Origin: the human T2T-CHM13v2.0 reference genome, Homo sapiens
DNA length: 64,000 bases
NCBI RefSeq assembly: GCF_009914755.1
Contig: NC_060934.1
Direction: 5' to 3' (one strand)
The notes below the pieces were generated by a model. That model saw only the letters and a program-made list of their open reading frames with translations. It was not told where the DNA came from and did not search any database. Each line of letters begins with the position of its first letter. Within the stretch, counting starts at the first letter, position 1. Below are positions 1 through 14,725 of this stretch, piece by piece. The translations under genes and the position numbers were made by a program.

Positions 1-539
1 CATGTCTCCAGTCACCCCGGACAGCATGGTCCCCAAGCGTTTTAGAGGCACATTAAGATGAAATGTGGACAAAGTAAATAGAGCTCTTCAGATGCATAAA
101 TTGAAAATGATAATGATTGCTGTCACTTTGTGATGGAAGATTATGGATTTCATAATTTGTGGATTCTTCCTAATGAGAAGCAGATTAACTTTTCTCACTG
201 AATCAAAAATCCCAATGGCCCAAATATCCACTGCTGAAAAGAAGCTATGTGCTACAACTGGAAGTAGAATTTTGCCATGATCCTGCCTCATATATGATTG
301 ACTATACCATTACCAAAAGAATACTGCTAGAAAGTCTAAGGTTTTGAAATTCTGAAGTTTTCTACGTTAGCCTTAGAAGTTTGGGCAGAATGATTAGATT
401 ATTTTGAATAATCTAGAAATATTACATAATGTTTAAAATGATAGTTTACTCACGGTGTCATGGATGTCTTTCTTGTTTATAATGATAACAATAAGATAAC
501 TTTGGTTTAATTTAATGAAAAGAGGAAAGGGAAAGAGGA

Positions 540-735
540 CCAGGCATTATATTAAGCGCTTTATGTATTCATTGGTGTGACCCTCTTAATGATTCTGTGG
601 AGATGATTATCCCACTTTTACTATTTAGAAAACCAAAACTCTAGAGAGATTAAATGACTTTCCCAGGGTAAATGCAGCTAGTGAGTGAGTGAGCCAGAAT
701 TCAAACCCAGGGCCACTGGCTCCTCAGCCAGTGTG
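540..735 (-). mobile_element. MIR SINE, degenerate
   Basis: Reverse MIR core: cccactttta...gagattaaatgactttcccagggt...gagccagaattcaaacccag. Confidence 0.75.
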
Positions 736-1019
736 ACTCTCCCTCATCACTGTGTCCCTGTGGATAAAGATACTGGGGCATAGCCCTTATTCCTAAAAAA
801 GCTTTAAATCCAAAGTCAAGGAGGAAGGACCTAGAGGGTCTCTGCTGAGCAGTGGGCTTATTGTAGTAAGGACAATTTTATCTTTGCCGGTGACTTCAGA
901 AATTTGGTAAAATGCAAATCTGTGCATGCCGTGGCGCATCTGCTCATGAAACTATGACTCGGTGTATGTAATAGGAAGAAGCCCGTGAACTCATAGGAAA
1001 AGAAATTAAACTTGTATGT

Positions 1020-1180
1020 CTGAGCTCTGGACTTGGAATCACAAGCCCTAAGATCTAGACCTAGCTCTGCCACTGACTAGCAATGTGACCATGGGCAAGT
1101 CTTTCAGTCTCTGGGTCTTCTATTTTCCCATGTGAAAAATGATGGGGTCGGGTTAGATTCCTAGGATGCGTTTCACTCTA
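1020..1180 (+). mobile_element. MIR (MIR3-like) SINE
   Basis: ctagctctgccactgactagcaatgtgaccatgggcaagtc...tgtgaaaaatgatgggg core with a MIR3-type tail. Confidence 0.7.
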
Positions 1181-2059
1181 ACCCCACTGCACAGTTTAAT
1201 ACTACAAATTATGCTAAGTCATGACAGTTTGGGGTGGGGAGAGCAAATAACTTGCTTCTGAGTGGTACCTTGATTTATCTTTTCAGTTGCTCAGAGCCAT
1301 TGGGAAACTTAATTTTCATATGTATTATTAGTGACTAAAAATAATTAGCATTGCTCCTTACATTTAAAAAAATCTTAAAACTGTGTTAATGAAATCTTCC
1401 TAGCATGTTTGAAAGATGTAGATGGTTTATAGTGCCCCTATTTTAGAATTGAGTAAAAGGAATCTAATACTACCAGTGAGAGGTACATTTCCCATAATCT
1501 CAGAGATGGATTGGAAATGGACTCCGGGTCTGCTGGCTCACAGTGTAGTACTTTCTCCTCTGAACACAGTTTTTTAAAGCAAATTTCCAGTTTCTAGCAG
1601 CCTCTGAAATTTCTATTCCTTCACACTTTGTTTTTCTTTTATAATTCTGCCACCATATCTTCACACTTGTAGAAACACATCTGTTGATATAATCTTAGCA
1701 CTTTCTTTGTTAGAGGTGGCTAGAATAAGAAATAGAACTACTGAATTATATCAAAACTTCATTATAAAAATCTGGCATGTTAGTTACCCTTTAACCTCAA
1801 ATACAAATATTGTTTATAGGCAGCGTATGTGTCTTCACAAAGAAGAAAGAAAAAGTGGCATTCATGGTAAAATAAACTAGAAAATTAGGCAGAGAGCCCA
1901 GGAAACAACAGAGATAAGAACAAATATCTGAGATTCTTGTTAATAAATATGACTCCGTGTCAAAAAATATCTGATATTAAAAGACTTTAAAATCAACAGA
2001 AGAAACTATTTTACCTTGTATCCAAAATACAGTTATTGTGAATCCCCACTTGCTACCCT

Positions 2060-2250
2060 TACTCATTCAAGAAACGTGTAAAAGTGTCTATTATATGACA
2101 GCACTGGATATACTATAGTGAACCAAACAGTGTTCCTGCCCTCATAGAGGTTACAGCCTATGCAGAGATAAACATTCAACAAATAATCATGCAAATAAAC
2201 TCATACTTACAAGTTGTGTTAAAGTGCTATGAACAAAGAATAGAGAGATG
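2060..2250 (-). mobile_element. L2 LINE 3' end
   Basis: tcattcaa...gtgaaccaaacagtgttcctgccctcatagaggttacagccta is the reverse of the L2 3' terminus. Confidence 0.7.
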
Positions 2251-2334
2251 AAATAAAACAGATGGACAATTGCTAAGTTTAATATTTGTCTACAGCAGTA
2301 ATCGAGTGATAAACATAGTCATTAAAATGCCCTT

Positions 2335-3645
2335 TCCTCAATTCTCGCATCTCTGTAGTGTTTGACTGTCGATTATTCCCCCACTTCACCTCCCCACCTT
2401 CTGGAAACCTTCCCCTCCTCTGTTGTTTTGTGCCTTGACCCATCACAGGTACCCACTTAGAATTCACTTAGTGGCGATGGCTATAGAGCACCTCCTTTCT
2501 GTGCATCCTCAGCTTCATCTGCCCCTTGCCTACAGGCATTCCCCCAGGTCTGATCCTTAGCCAGCTTCTTTTACCTCTCCACTCACTTAGGGAAAACTTC
2601 TCTGCAGCTAACTGCCGATCCTGTGGGTCTTCAGCCAACACCTCTCACCTGCTGAGCAGCAGCATCTCAACCTGGATTTCCTCCCGTTCAGAGGTAAAGT
2701 GAGCCGTCCTTCCCCCTTTCCTCTGTCACTTCCCACCATTCCCCAGACCAGCTCTTCTCTCCTGACTTGTCTGTTTTTGTAAAGTCTGTTTCAGAATGGC
2801 TCAAGTTTGAAACCTTCAAATTAGCCTGTCTTCTCTCTCTTTGTGCCCTTTTACATCTCAGTAATCGTGAAGTTCTATAGATTTTATCCCTGGAGCGGAC
2901 AGAGAAGACATCTTATTTTTTCCATTCTTATTCCCTCCATGCTTTGTTCTGGGAGTGGTTGCTTCTCACCTGGGTTGCTCCCAAAGGAAGGCACAGCTCT
3001 AATCATATCGCTTCCTCATACCTTTGCAGACTTTTCATTGCCTGTTGAAATAGGTCCAGACGTTTACTCTGGAATGAAAGGTCCTCTCTGACTTCTCCTC
3101 AACTTCTCTTCCAGGTTTAGCACCCTCAGAGTCCTAAGCCTACCTGCACAGCACCACTGGCTACATGGGGGTCCTTGGACAATTATTTTAAACTCTCAGA
3201 CCTTTAGTTTCTTCATGTATAACATTAGAAAAATGACTAGATAAAATATCTTTGTGATTGCTGCTAGGCCTATCATTCCATACATATTTTTCTTATGATT
3301 CTCTGAGTGTAGGTGTGGTCTGTCATACTGCTGTTTCTTGTACCCGAAATCCCCTGTGTTAGGCTGCTTATTTTCAAAGCCTGGTTCAAATGCTATTTCG
3401 TCTTCCTTGAGACCTTTTCAGTCCCTTCCATACAAATGTGACCTCACTGTCTTGAAATCCCACACCTTCTAACATATATCCATGCCTTCTAACATATATC
3501 AGAGTTGCTATGTTCTTTTCTTTTTTCCCCAGTAGTAAGCTCTCTGAAGGCAGTGGCAATATCTTATTTCATCTTTGAATCCCTAGCTGCTAACAAGTTT
3601 CTGGTACTTAATAGTTGCTTGATAAATATTTAATTGATGAATAAA
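2335..3645 (+). mobile_element. Old L2 LINE (ORF2 remnant to 3' end), with a MIR fragment at about 3150-3240
   Basis: Pyrimidine-rich L2-type body ending gtaagctctctgaaggcag...gataaatatttaattgatgaataa. Confidence 0.6.
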
Positions 3646-4222
3646 ATTATCTTTAAATTTTGGAGACTCTTCACCAAAAAAGATGTGCAAAAGATGTATA
3701 CTCCACAAATGTATACTTTACGATGTAAAGTTTCACTTCAAGCCCATAACCTCGATAGACTGGATTTTGTGTTTTTATAATTCATGTAGGATGGATCAAG
3801 CTACATATCTCAGGGACCGAAATCAAGCCCAAAACTGTACTTTCAATGGATTACATCTATGAAAACTAACTTGTTTAGCTTTAAGTTTCAATGAACATGA
3901 GAATATTAGTGAAAGATGACACAAAACAATAAAGCAATTTATATTTCCAATGTAGCATGTCTGAAACCTATCATAGAGATCTTCTGTTTTCATGATTTGA
4001 ACACTGATTTATTCCTTGGATAGTAATTTTTTTAACTATTTTATTTAGGTTTGAAAGAGCCCAACTCAATTCTACCCTTTATGACCAGAAAAATAAATTA
4101 CTTTGAATCTTATGGAAATGTCCACATATTAGTTATACTCAGGACAGATAACCTCACAAAAGATAACTGGCAAATAAAAAGCATCAATTGTTGGTGTAGT
4201 CATTAAAACATACTGTTTGGAA

Positions 4223-4605
<383 letters not shown>

Positions 4606-4613
4606 CTATAGGG

Positions 4614-4976
4614 CAGCAGTCCCCAACCTTTTGGCACCAGGGACGGGTTTCGTGGAAGACAATTTTCCACAGACCTGGGGGTCAGTGGCAGGGGTGATGG
4701 TTTTGGGATTAAACTGTTGCACTACAGGTCATCAGGCATTAGTTACATTCTCACAAAGAGTTTGCCGCCTAGATCCCTCACATGCGCAGTTCACAATAGG
4801 GTTCGTGCTCCTTTGAGAATCTAATGCCTCCGCTGATCCGACAGGAGGCGGAGCTCAGGCTGTGATGTTCACTCACACCCACCCATTGCACAACTTCTGC
4901 TGTGAGTGCTGTGAGGCCCGGTTCTCAATAGGCTACAGGCTGGTACATGTATGCAGCCTGGGGTTGGGAGCCCTTG
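4614..4976 (-). mobile_element. MER1B hAT-Charlie MITE
   Basis: Termini cagcagtccccaaccttttggcaccaggga...gggttgggagcccttg; internal gagaatctaatgcc...acaggaggcggagctcagg; degenerate 8-bp TSD ctataggg/ctgtgagg. Confidence 0.9.
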
Positions 4977-4990
4977 CTGTGAGGTATATG

Positions 4991-5439
4991 CAGTTGACCC
5001 TTGAACAACATGGGTTTGAACTGTGTGGGCTCATTTATATGCAGATTTTCTTCTGTCTCTGCCACCCTGAGACACCAAGACCAGCCTCTCCTTTTCCTTC
5101 TCCTCCTCCTTCTCTGCTTACTCAAAAATGAAGACAATTAGGATAAAAATCTTTATAATGATCTATTTCCACTTAATGAATAGTAAATATATTTTCTCTT
5201 CTTTATGATTTTCTTAATAACATTTTCCTTTTTCTAGCTTACTTTATTGTAATAATACAATATATAACATATACAACATACAAAATACGTGTTAATCAAC
5301 TGTTTAGATTATTGGCAAGGCTTCTGATAAAAAATAGGCTATTAGTAGTTAAGTTCTGGAGGAGTGAAAAGTTATACAGGGACTTTAAACTGCACAGGGG
5401 GTTGGCACTCCAACCCCCATTTTATTCAAAGGTCAACTG
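4991..5439 (+). mobile_element. Tigger2a (MER28) Tc1/mariner MITE, full length
   Basis: Terminal inverted repeats (TIRs) cagttgacccttgaacaa / ttattcaaaggtcaactg; the body matches Tigger2a throughout. Confidence 0.9.
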
Positions 5440-5565
5440 TGTTATCACTTTTCTTTTATATATGAGAAAAATGAACCATGGATATTAAGTAACTTGCCTA
5501 CAGTCACATAGTAAATAATTATGGAGTCAGAATTTAAAACCAGAAAACTTTTACATCAAAATGCT
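5440..5565 (-). mobile_element. MIR remainder (host split by MER1B and Tigger2a; the other part is at about 4560-4613)
   Basis: ttaagtaacttgcctacagtcacatag...gagtcagaatttaaaaccag. Confidence 0.65.
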
Positions 5566-6198
5566 CTTTATAAATGTTTTTGTTTTGTTTTGTTTTTTCA
5601 TTTCTTAGCTATGAGTAAAGACCATTAGCTGTTTGTGTTTTGAGGACAGCACAAGCTTTTTCTTTTACTGACCAGTGTCACTGTAAAATGACATGGTGAT
5701 GGTCCTTCCATTTCAGACTTTTAAATATATCTTTCCGTCACTTTTGTGAGAAATTGATTAATATGTAAAGGAAACAAAAGAAAATAAGGATGAGAAGCTT
5801 AAAGAATAGTGAAAATGGCTAATTAAACATGCTGCAGAAAAGAGTCAACTTTAAGAGTTAATTCAAATACTTTAAAGACTGACCAATTAGAAACAAACTC
5901 ACATGACAAATCAGGATTCATGGAAATGAAAAATGAGACCACTAGCACTGAAACGTGACCAACACATTTTTCTTTTCTTTTTTCTTCTTTCCCACCTGCC
6001 ACCTCTTTCTGGTATTTCTGGAATTGACTGTTAATAATTACTGTGCTCAAAGAGAAAAACAGGAAAAAATTAAAACTCAACAAGACAACTTACAAAGCCA
6101 AAGAGGAAAATCAAAATGTGTTGCAATACCCAAGCTGCCTTTGAAGCAACAAAACAACAAAGCAAGAATGTTGTGGGTGTGAATACAATGTTATGGGT

Positions 6199-6794
6199 CA
6201 ACTATTGTGAAAGACAGTATGGTAATTCCTCAAAGATTTAGAACTGGAAATACCATTTAACCCAGCAATCCCATTGCTGAGTGTTTACGCAAAGGAATAT
6301 AAATAATTCTATTATAAAGATACATGCACGCATATGTTCATTGCAGCACTGTTCACAATAGCAAAGACAAAGACCAAAATGCCCATCAATGATAGCCTGG
6401 ATAAAGAAAATGTGGTGGTATATATACACCATGGAGTACTATACAGCCATAAAAAGGAATGAGATCATGTCCTTTGCAGGGACATGGATGAAGCTGAAAG
6501 CCATTATCCTGAGCAAACTAACACAGGAAGAGAAAGCCAAATACTGCATGTTCTTATTTCTAACTGGGAGCTGAACAATGAGAACACATGGAAATAGTGA
6601 GGGGAACAACATACACTGGAGCCTGTCGGGGGAGAGAGGGGTTGTGGAGAGAGCATTAGGAAAAATAGCTAATGCATGCTGGGCTTAAAACCTAGGTGAT
6701 GGGTTGATAGGTTCAGCAAACCACCATGGCACACGTTTACCTATGTAACAAACCTGCACATCTGCACATGGACCTCGGAACTTAAAATAAAATA
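6199..6794 (+). mobile_element. 5'-truncated older primate L1 (L1PA12-14-like): ORF2 C-terminus and 3'UTR
   Basis: Translates as WIKKMWWYIYTMEYYTAIKRNEIMSFAGTWMKL (L1 ORF2 C-terminus); TSD aatgttatgggt (6187-6198) / aatgttaagggt (6795-6806). Confidence 0.93.
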
Positions 6795-6955
6795 AATGTT
6801 AAGGGTAAGTTTGTGAGGTCCTCCATTTTTTTTTATGATAGCTGACACCATGGTTTATATAAAACTGCCAATTGGTAAAAAAAATTACTTTTAATTGGTT
6901 ATGAATTAAATAGTCCTACTTTACATAGGTTTGGGAGAATTTAACAGAAGTTTGC

Positions 6956-7333
6956 TGCCTTCATTACCTCGGGCTGCTATAATAAAATATTAGAGTCTCG
7001 GTGACTTAAACAACAAACATTTGTTTCTCACAGTTCTGGAGGCTGGGAAGTCCAAGATCAAGATGCCTGGACAATTTGGTGTCTGGTAAGGGCCCTTTTC
7101 CTGGTTTGCAGATGATCACCTATAGCTGTATCCTCACATGGCAGAGAAAAAGAGCTCTGATTTCTTCTTATAAGGGCACTAATCTCATCCCGAAGCTCCA
7201 CTCTCTTGCCCTTATCTAAACCTAATTAGTCCTCCCCAAAAACCCCCCACCTCCAAATACCATTATATTAGGGATTAGTGCTTCAATGTATGAATTTGGT
7301 AGAAGGTGGGGCACAAACATTCAGGCCATAGCA
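6956..7333 (-). mobile_element. MLT1A/MLT1A0 MaLR solo LTR
   Basis: ttctcacagttctggaggctgggaagtccaagatcaag...cacaaacattcaggccatagca. Confidence 0.88.
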
Positions 7334-8689
7334 GGCTTCTTCTGTAGTTAAAAAGAATGGAAGGGTTCTGAGTCTCAGAATGACTAGAACCAAGGTGTCT
7401 GGATCTCTCAAGCAGGGAGCGAGAGATCCAGAGACCTTGGTTGTAGTCCCTGCTCATATTACCCCTCCCTCATATTTATTGTAACATGTTGCAAAACCTA
7501 ACCAGAAAAAGAAAATAATATAATTCACCTCTTACCAGCAGGCAGTACTGCACAATTCTGCCACACAGAGCCCAGAAAAGGCAGGCAGAAGGGAACTCCC
7601 TAGATCCAGAAAGGAAAATTAAGTGACTTGAGAAAATATGTAAAGGCTAAGACTGGGTAAGTGGCCCTGCAAATTCCTTCTAGTCACAGAAACATTTTTC
7701 TGGGGGTCACCTCATAGGGCCAGTGGTCCGTCAGCAAATCCAGAAGTATGTTCAAGTTTTGATCAAAACTCCATGTTATACTGATAGCTGGTTTAATCTC
7801 GGGTCCTCCCACAGACTGTTTAATGGTGCCATAGTATCTACCAAAGGCATTTTTGAGTATGGATGTCCCCTTACTCTTAATGGAAGTCCTGGTGGAGGAG
7901 CAAGTGCCAGCAGTAAAAATGTAATTCTATAAAAGGTAAATGTTGATTACAATTATATTAACTCCTTAAGACCACAGTGATCTTTCTCTAAGAGCTTGTA
8001 GGGAAAAAGTTAATGGCCCTCTGAAAAGAGAGTAATTCATTTCCTTTTATCCACTTTATAATTTGCAAATTTGCAAATGAGCATAGCCCATGCAAGTTGA
8101 GCAGGCTTCTCTCACTGATGGGTAGCATATCCAAAGCTTTCATGCAGGTAAAAGCACTGGAAAAAATATGAGAGAGTTCATCTTCTTCCTTAGGAGCTGG
8201 GACTGAAACTGGTCCACAGGACTTCAGGGAGGTGGTTTGAGGAATCCTACATGGTCCCTGGGATCATCATTTAGAAGCTTTGAGGGAATAAAGATTCTTG
8301 TTCTCTGAACCTGCTGTCTGATATAATTTGAATTGAACCTTGAAGCCCCTAAAAATCTGGATGCAGTGACCATACATTCAGTTCCATTTATTCAACAAGC
8401 CAGGCAAGGATCATCAAATCAATAACATGACTGTGCCATCTGCCTTCCCTTTGCTCACCATCACAATGAAAAATGACTCCTTAAGTGTTCTGCAAGGCAA
8501 TTAACTCTGAAGGCAGAGCTGTGTAATGGAGAGAGGCTGAGTTACATTTGTATTCAGAACTTTACTGGTAAAATGGAAAGGAAGCTGTTGTCCATATTAA
8601 TAGATACATAAAATAGATACATAAAAAAAAATGTATAAATGGGATAATTTGGTATTACTCTATTTATGCATAATATTATACAACTGCAG

Positions 8690-9130
8690 AAACACAGAGC
8701 TAGGAAGGGCACTGAAATGACATATGGCTCCTCCAACTGCATGCAGCCACAGCTGGTGACCCTGTCCAGAATCATCTTGGACAGACAGACTGTTTCTAAA
8801 GACATTCCCAAAAGTCATGCTGATAACTTCCGGGACTAATTCATTCTGTTATTTAACAGTCTTCACTGCAATTTGATTCCATTTTCTTTTGTTCTCTTTC
8901 TTCTTGTTCTCATCTCTCTAGAAATAGAGAACAGATAATTATGCTCCCTATAATAATCCATCATGTGGTAGAAGGCAGTTTTGAAATCACCACCCAGCCT
9001 TCAGTTCAGGTTCAATACAGCACTCCCAGTCCTTCCATCTGGGCCTTTGAAGAGCCTGGCTCCTAGCCTGAGTCATCTGGTGACTCTCAGAATGCTCTTC
9101 AACCTTCCCAAATATTATTGATTCAAGAGA
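8690..9130 (-). mobile_element. CR1/L3 LINE relic (may continue degenerately to about 10590)
   Basis: gagaacag...taataatccatcatgtggtagaaggcagttttgaaatcaccacccagccttc resembles reverse L3. Confidence 0.5.
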
Positions 9131-9184
9131 CATGAAATACAAAGGGACTCTGTATTTCTGTTTGTTCTGGTACCCTCTGCAGGT

Positions 9185-9470
9185 ACCATTGCCTCTGCCT
9201 AGATTGTCCTACCCATCAGCCCCTCTCCGATATACACACCTCCCCTTTTGCACCAAGAGAATTTCGAATTCAAAGGTCACCTCTTTCATGAAACTAGTCC
9301 CCATGTTTACCCATCCTCAGTCCTCTGCTTTGCTTTTTCATTTACTATTATAAAATTTTTCTTACGCTGTCTCCGTCCCACCCAGGCGAGCTAAGGGCAG
9401 GGATGTTTCCCTTATTATTTCTGTAGGGGCTAAATTGTGCCTACAACATAGTAAAAGACAATTTGCTTAA
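9185..9470 (+). mobile_element. L2 3' end
   Basis: ttcaaaggtcacctctttcatgaa...gagctaagggcagggatg...gtgcctacaacatagta. Confidence 0.6.
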
Positions 9471-9913
9471 TTATTTCCCCCACTTTTCTTACCTGTGCAT
9501 GTTGGTGCTAATGTCCCAGAGTCCAACTCTTAAGCTAGCTGTAAATTCACACTTTCTACTGCCCTTTGTCATGTACCTTGCTATAAATTAATTATAGATG
9601 CTTCTCAGGTTTTAAAAATGATAAACCACCCTAATCTCTGGCCTGAAATTTGGCTTATGAAAACTTTATTGAGGTTAAATCAGTTCCTTACTACTAACTA
9701 GGCCTGTTGCCTCAGCCCCATCCTTGTGACCTATTTGTCTCAAGTCTTAGTAGTCATTTCGCAATACATGATTTTTTCTATGTTTAACAAATTTGTTTCG
9801 GTCTTTTGTTATTTTTTTCCAGATATAAAAATATCACTTTGATACTCTGGTCATTCATAAGATCATTGTTTGATCATTTTTAACACCATTCTTTTTCCTT
9901 TTCTCAAAAATGA

Positions 9914-10056
9914 GGCCAGGAGCAGTAGCTCACACCTGTAATCTCAGTGCTTTGAGAGGCCAAGGTATGAGGATCGCTTGAGGCCAGGAGTCTGAGACAA
10001 ACCCAGGCAACATAGTGAGACCCCCATCTCTACAAAAATTAGAAAAGAAAAAAAAA
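9914..10056 (+). mobile_element. Free left Alu monomer (FLAM_C-like)
   Basis: Single left arm ggccaggagcagtagctcacacctgtaatc...ggatcgcttgaggccaggag with an A-rich tail. Confidence 0.88.
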
Positions 10057-12143
10057 TAATGTTTCATAGATTCTTTATTCTCAGTGCTTTAAGCAGGATC
10101 AGAGCCCTTACCACTTTTCTTGATGACCTGGGTATGACTCACCAGACTCTGCTTCTGCTCCTTGGACCATCCATTTATAGTTTCTGCTGACTCTTGCTAG
10201 GCTACCTGGCTCCTGTATCCTTTGTTGTGGATTTTTAGATCACAGTTGTTCTTTAAGACTGAAATTTTTCAAGCACTTTGAAAGTCTCTTTTTAAAGCAT
10301 TATTTGTTATTAGTATTTTCTGTTACATATAAAAACAAGCCAAATTTTTAAACTTATTGCCTACTGCATTACAGGTTATATTCTGTTTCCCTTTATGTTT
10401 CCAGTGGATCACTTTAGTCCTCGCTTTATTGCTTTTCACCTTCCCTGATGCTTCAGAATCATCATGTTTTGTCAGCTTCTTAGGTGACTTATAGTCTTGT
10501 CACAGCACTCCTAAGTTCCATTTTAGCTCTTTGTGCAGCTCTTGCCTGTCCACTTGAACTTCCCCTCAGCCAACTTTTTTCATATGCATTAAAAGTATTT
10601 CTCAGAAATGCAAATTAAAACACTACTGAAATACTATTTCTTACCTCTTATGTTGGTGAAATTTAAAAAGTGTGGCAACCTAGTGCTGGGAAGAATGCAA
10701 GCTGGTACAACAACCGTGTTGGAGGGGAATTTGACAAGACCTAACACAGCTACACTTGTACTCTTTTGACCCAGCAGTCCCACTTCTAGGAATTTACCCT
10801 AAAATACACCTCCAGCAATATGAAACTACATATGCATGAGTTATTTATTTTAGTACTTTTTTGTAATCACAAAATGTTGGAAATAACCTGAATGACCATA
10901 CATAGGGAAGCAGTAAAATGAATTTGGTACATGCATAAATGGAATACACTGTACCTGTAAGAAAGAACAAGGAAGACCTTGAGAAACTCATATGAAATTA
11001 TTTCCAAAATATATTAAGTGAGAAAAGTAAAGTGCATACAGATATCTAGAGTGTCTGTCCCTAAAGTAAGAAATAGGGACTATAAGGAAATCTACAAACG
11101 TCTACTCATTTTTGCAAAAGATGTAAAGAAAGATAAGTCAGAAACCAACAAGACTGTTTACCTACAGGAAATAAAGCGAAATGGGGTATAAAAATGGAGC
11201 AATGAGAGGGGGAGTTGGAGGGACACTTCTCTGAGTACACTTTTGTATATAACTCTGACCCTTAGAAAAAACCTGACCTTTCACCTACCCAATCAGTTAG
11301 GATGTGGGAGAACCCAAAATGAAATACGAACTGTAAAAAATGAACCTAAATGTATTCAAATGAATAAATAACTATGCTGGGGGTATAGGGAAGAAAAGAG
11401 CAACCTAAGTACCTTTAGAAAATGATTATTTTGACTATATACTGTAACGCCAAAAGCAACCAAAAATATATATATGAATGTACTATAGTTGTATATTTGT
11501 TTCTTCTACAAACAGGAGCATGGACCAGCAATTCTGACACTATTTAATGTCCATGCTAGGATTGAACAAAGTAAATATTTTCTGGGTAATGAGAGCTAGT
11601 TTTCTCACTGTCAGAGAAAAATGATACATATGAGGAAAGTGAGAAGACTAGAATGAACCCTGTGGCATTGGGTTGGAATTAGAGGGATCAGTATGAGTTT
11701 ATTCACTGTAGGTGGATGCACATAGAAATATAGATGTATGCACGTGTGTTGGTATACAATTGTATGTTTCTTAATGCTGCCTGCTGAGAGGTCCTAGAAG
11801 CAATGATATCTCAGTAGCAATAAATGTACTTAGCACTCATCTCTTGGTTTTTTAACACCATTCTCCAATAAAATGAACAAGGACTTTTGGGTATATGGTT
11901 GATTCCAGGGCTAAGAAGGGCCAACCACAAGATAAGCTTGGAATATCTAATGGTTCCAGAAAATAAGTACTCAAAAAATTGTGAAGACATGTTAAAAGGA
12001 CTTAGGAGCCAACCTGAAGGAGCAGCTAATGGCCAAAGTTGGAACAACTCGAACAAAGTAAATAAGTATAGTATTGGATTATTACTCAATAAATGTATGA
12101 TCCATGAGTCCACACTGAAAGATTGAATAGATAAAGAATAGAT

Positions 12144-12378
12144 AGTTCGAGACCAGCCCGGTCAATATGATAAAAACCTGTCTCCACAAAAAATACAAAA
12201 ATTAGCCAGCCATGGTGGCATGTGCCTATAGTTCCAGCTATTCAAGAGGCTGAGGTGGGAGGATCGCTTGATCCCATGAGATTGAGGCTGCAGTAAGCTG
12301 AGATTGCACCACTGCACTCCAGCCTCGGAGCCTGGGTAACAGAGTGAGACCCAGTATCACAAGAAAAAAAAAAAAAAA
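12144..12378 (+). mobile_element. 5'-truncated AluJ inside the L1MC
   Basis: gaggtgggaggatcgcttga...gaggctgcagt J diagnostics and an A tail. Confidence 0.9.
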
Positions 12379-12792
12379 GAAGTGGGAGAGAAGAGAGCAG
12401 TGGTTTCTTATAGTAGAATTCTAATTAATGGATGTAGAAATAAGGGAAATAGAAAAATCACCATTAGACAAATACCACAGTAGTAATTGTTAAAGGTAAG
12501 AACCATTGATGAAATCTAAAGTTAATAGGACAAAACACATTGTAAAACAACACATTTGTATAGTCAGAGTATCTTCCCACAAGACATTTATTGATTACAA
12601 AGGGGAAAGCAGTAAATTTGTAATAAAGAACCCTAGCAGACATGACTTATCCAAATGATCAAGGTCAATATAGCTAGTAATTAAACATATAGAAATCATA
12701 TGCCTGCTGACATGTTGCATGGAGAAGAGCAAAATATCACTTCTGTGGTATTCTTCTTAAATGTGTAACACCAATGTAATCACAAGAAAAGA

Positions 12793-13342
<550 letters not shown>

Positions 13343-13709
13343 TTAATCATTGTACTCTGGTTATGTAAAATGTTTTCATTTGGGGAAGCTGAATGAAGAG
13401 CAAATGAGATCTCTGTACTCATTTGCAGTGTTCCTGCATGTCTAAATTTATCTCAAAGTAAAAAGCTAATAGAAGTATTTTGTCAGGACTCTTTTATAAG
13501 TTGGTCATATTCCAAAGTTCAATCTATAGTTTACAGGCTCTATTTTGTCATAGAAATCATATTTATTTCATTATATGGTTCCTGGGCCAGCCTCAAAAGC
13601 TTACTTAACCTACAATTTTTATATATGTATGTGTATCTCTATTTATTAAGTAGTCTCACTGTATTCTTGAACATAACATAGTATAGCCATGTTCCCATTA
13701 TAGAAAAAT

Positions 13710-13840
13710 ACCCCTATCTTACAGGTAAAGAAATGAGGTTACAGAAAGGTTTCTTTACTTGCCCCACATTTTTTATTTTAAGATTTTAGAGCAAGCAAGT
13801 TGCAGACCTGATTTTAGAGCCAGGTCTGTGTGACGCCGTA
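13710..13840 (-). mobile_element. MIR fragment
   Basis: cctatcttacaggtaaagaaatgaggttacagaaagg...acttgccc...gagccaggtctgtgtgac. Confidence 0.6.
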
Positions 13841-14489
13841 TGCTGAGTTTCCCTGCTGAGGTATCTGAGGCTTTGTCTGCTAGGCCACTCACTCACACAT
13901 TAGCTGCTGAAAAGGGGCAAATCTTATGGACACTTCTGTGCTGTCCTCTGGAATCTTTCCCTTGATTCTTTTTCTTTTCCTGGATTGTTGAACAAAATGT
14001 TCATGTTTATTTTGTTCATGAGAATTGCCTTGTTTTTAGAAATAGTGACTTTTAAATAGTTTGTGGATTTTTTTTCTCTAATTCTGCCTATCATTTTAAA
14101 ACCATGTTTTATAGATAAATCAAAAAGTGTAGAACTCCTAATGCAGCATTTGGAGCAAAGTTAATAAAATTTTAAAACAAGAGGATATATATTTACTAAA
14201 TTACACTGTGCTTATAATGTGCTGCCATATTTTTGTTAAAATTTTTTAATGCTTTAGATAATTAAGCATCTCAAGACTATAATATTAGGCTAAGAAGCTC
14301 TTTCCCATTAAAATATTCATAAATTATGTTGACACGAACATGGTGTTCTGAACAATTATAAGGAGTGGGGCTCCTAATGCAAATGTCATTCCTATTATGA
14401 CTTTTTCTGAACTTAGAAAATACATTCAAGTAGTCTATGGAACTGTCCAAAAGATACACAGAAACCAAAACCAAAACAAACAAAAACCA

Positions 14490-14725
14490 CCATTTATCAG
14501 GTACTTACTGTGATTCAGTCACTATCATAAAAGTATTTTCTTATGTTTTCTCATTTAATCTTGCAGTAACTCTGTAAGGTAGATACTACTGTGTCTATTT
14601 GACAAATTAGCAAAATCAAAGTTCAAAAACCTACCAGTAGTTAGAGAGTTCATAACTGACAGGACCAAGATATGAACCTAGTTTTTGTGTCTACTCTACA
14701 GTTTATGCCTTTAATCCTTGTACAG
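14490..14725 (-). mobile_element. MIR
   Basis: tctcatttaatcttgcagtaactctgtaaggtagatact...gatatgaaccta. Confidence 0.7.

Noticed and set aside
1-60. GC-richer start resembling a coding exon end
   Set aside because: No frame on either strand gives a recognisable protein, and it is truncated by the window edge
6389-6574. ORF with L1 ORF2 C-terminal peptide
   Set aside because: Fragment of a 5'-truncated dead L1; annotated as a mobile element
8061-8078. Perfect palindromes ATTTGCAAATTTGCAAAT and TGTTTTCATGAAAACA (34035-34050)
   Set aside because: AT-rich 16-18-bp palindromes are near chance expectation in 64 kb; the first is simply an 8-bp duplication
10215-10223. GTATCCTTT, matching the U12-type 5' splice site
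   Set aside because: A 9-mer is expected about once by chance in a window this size, and there is no exon context
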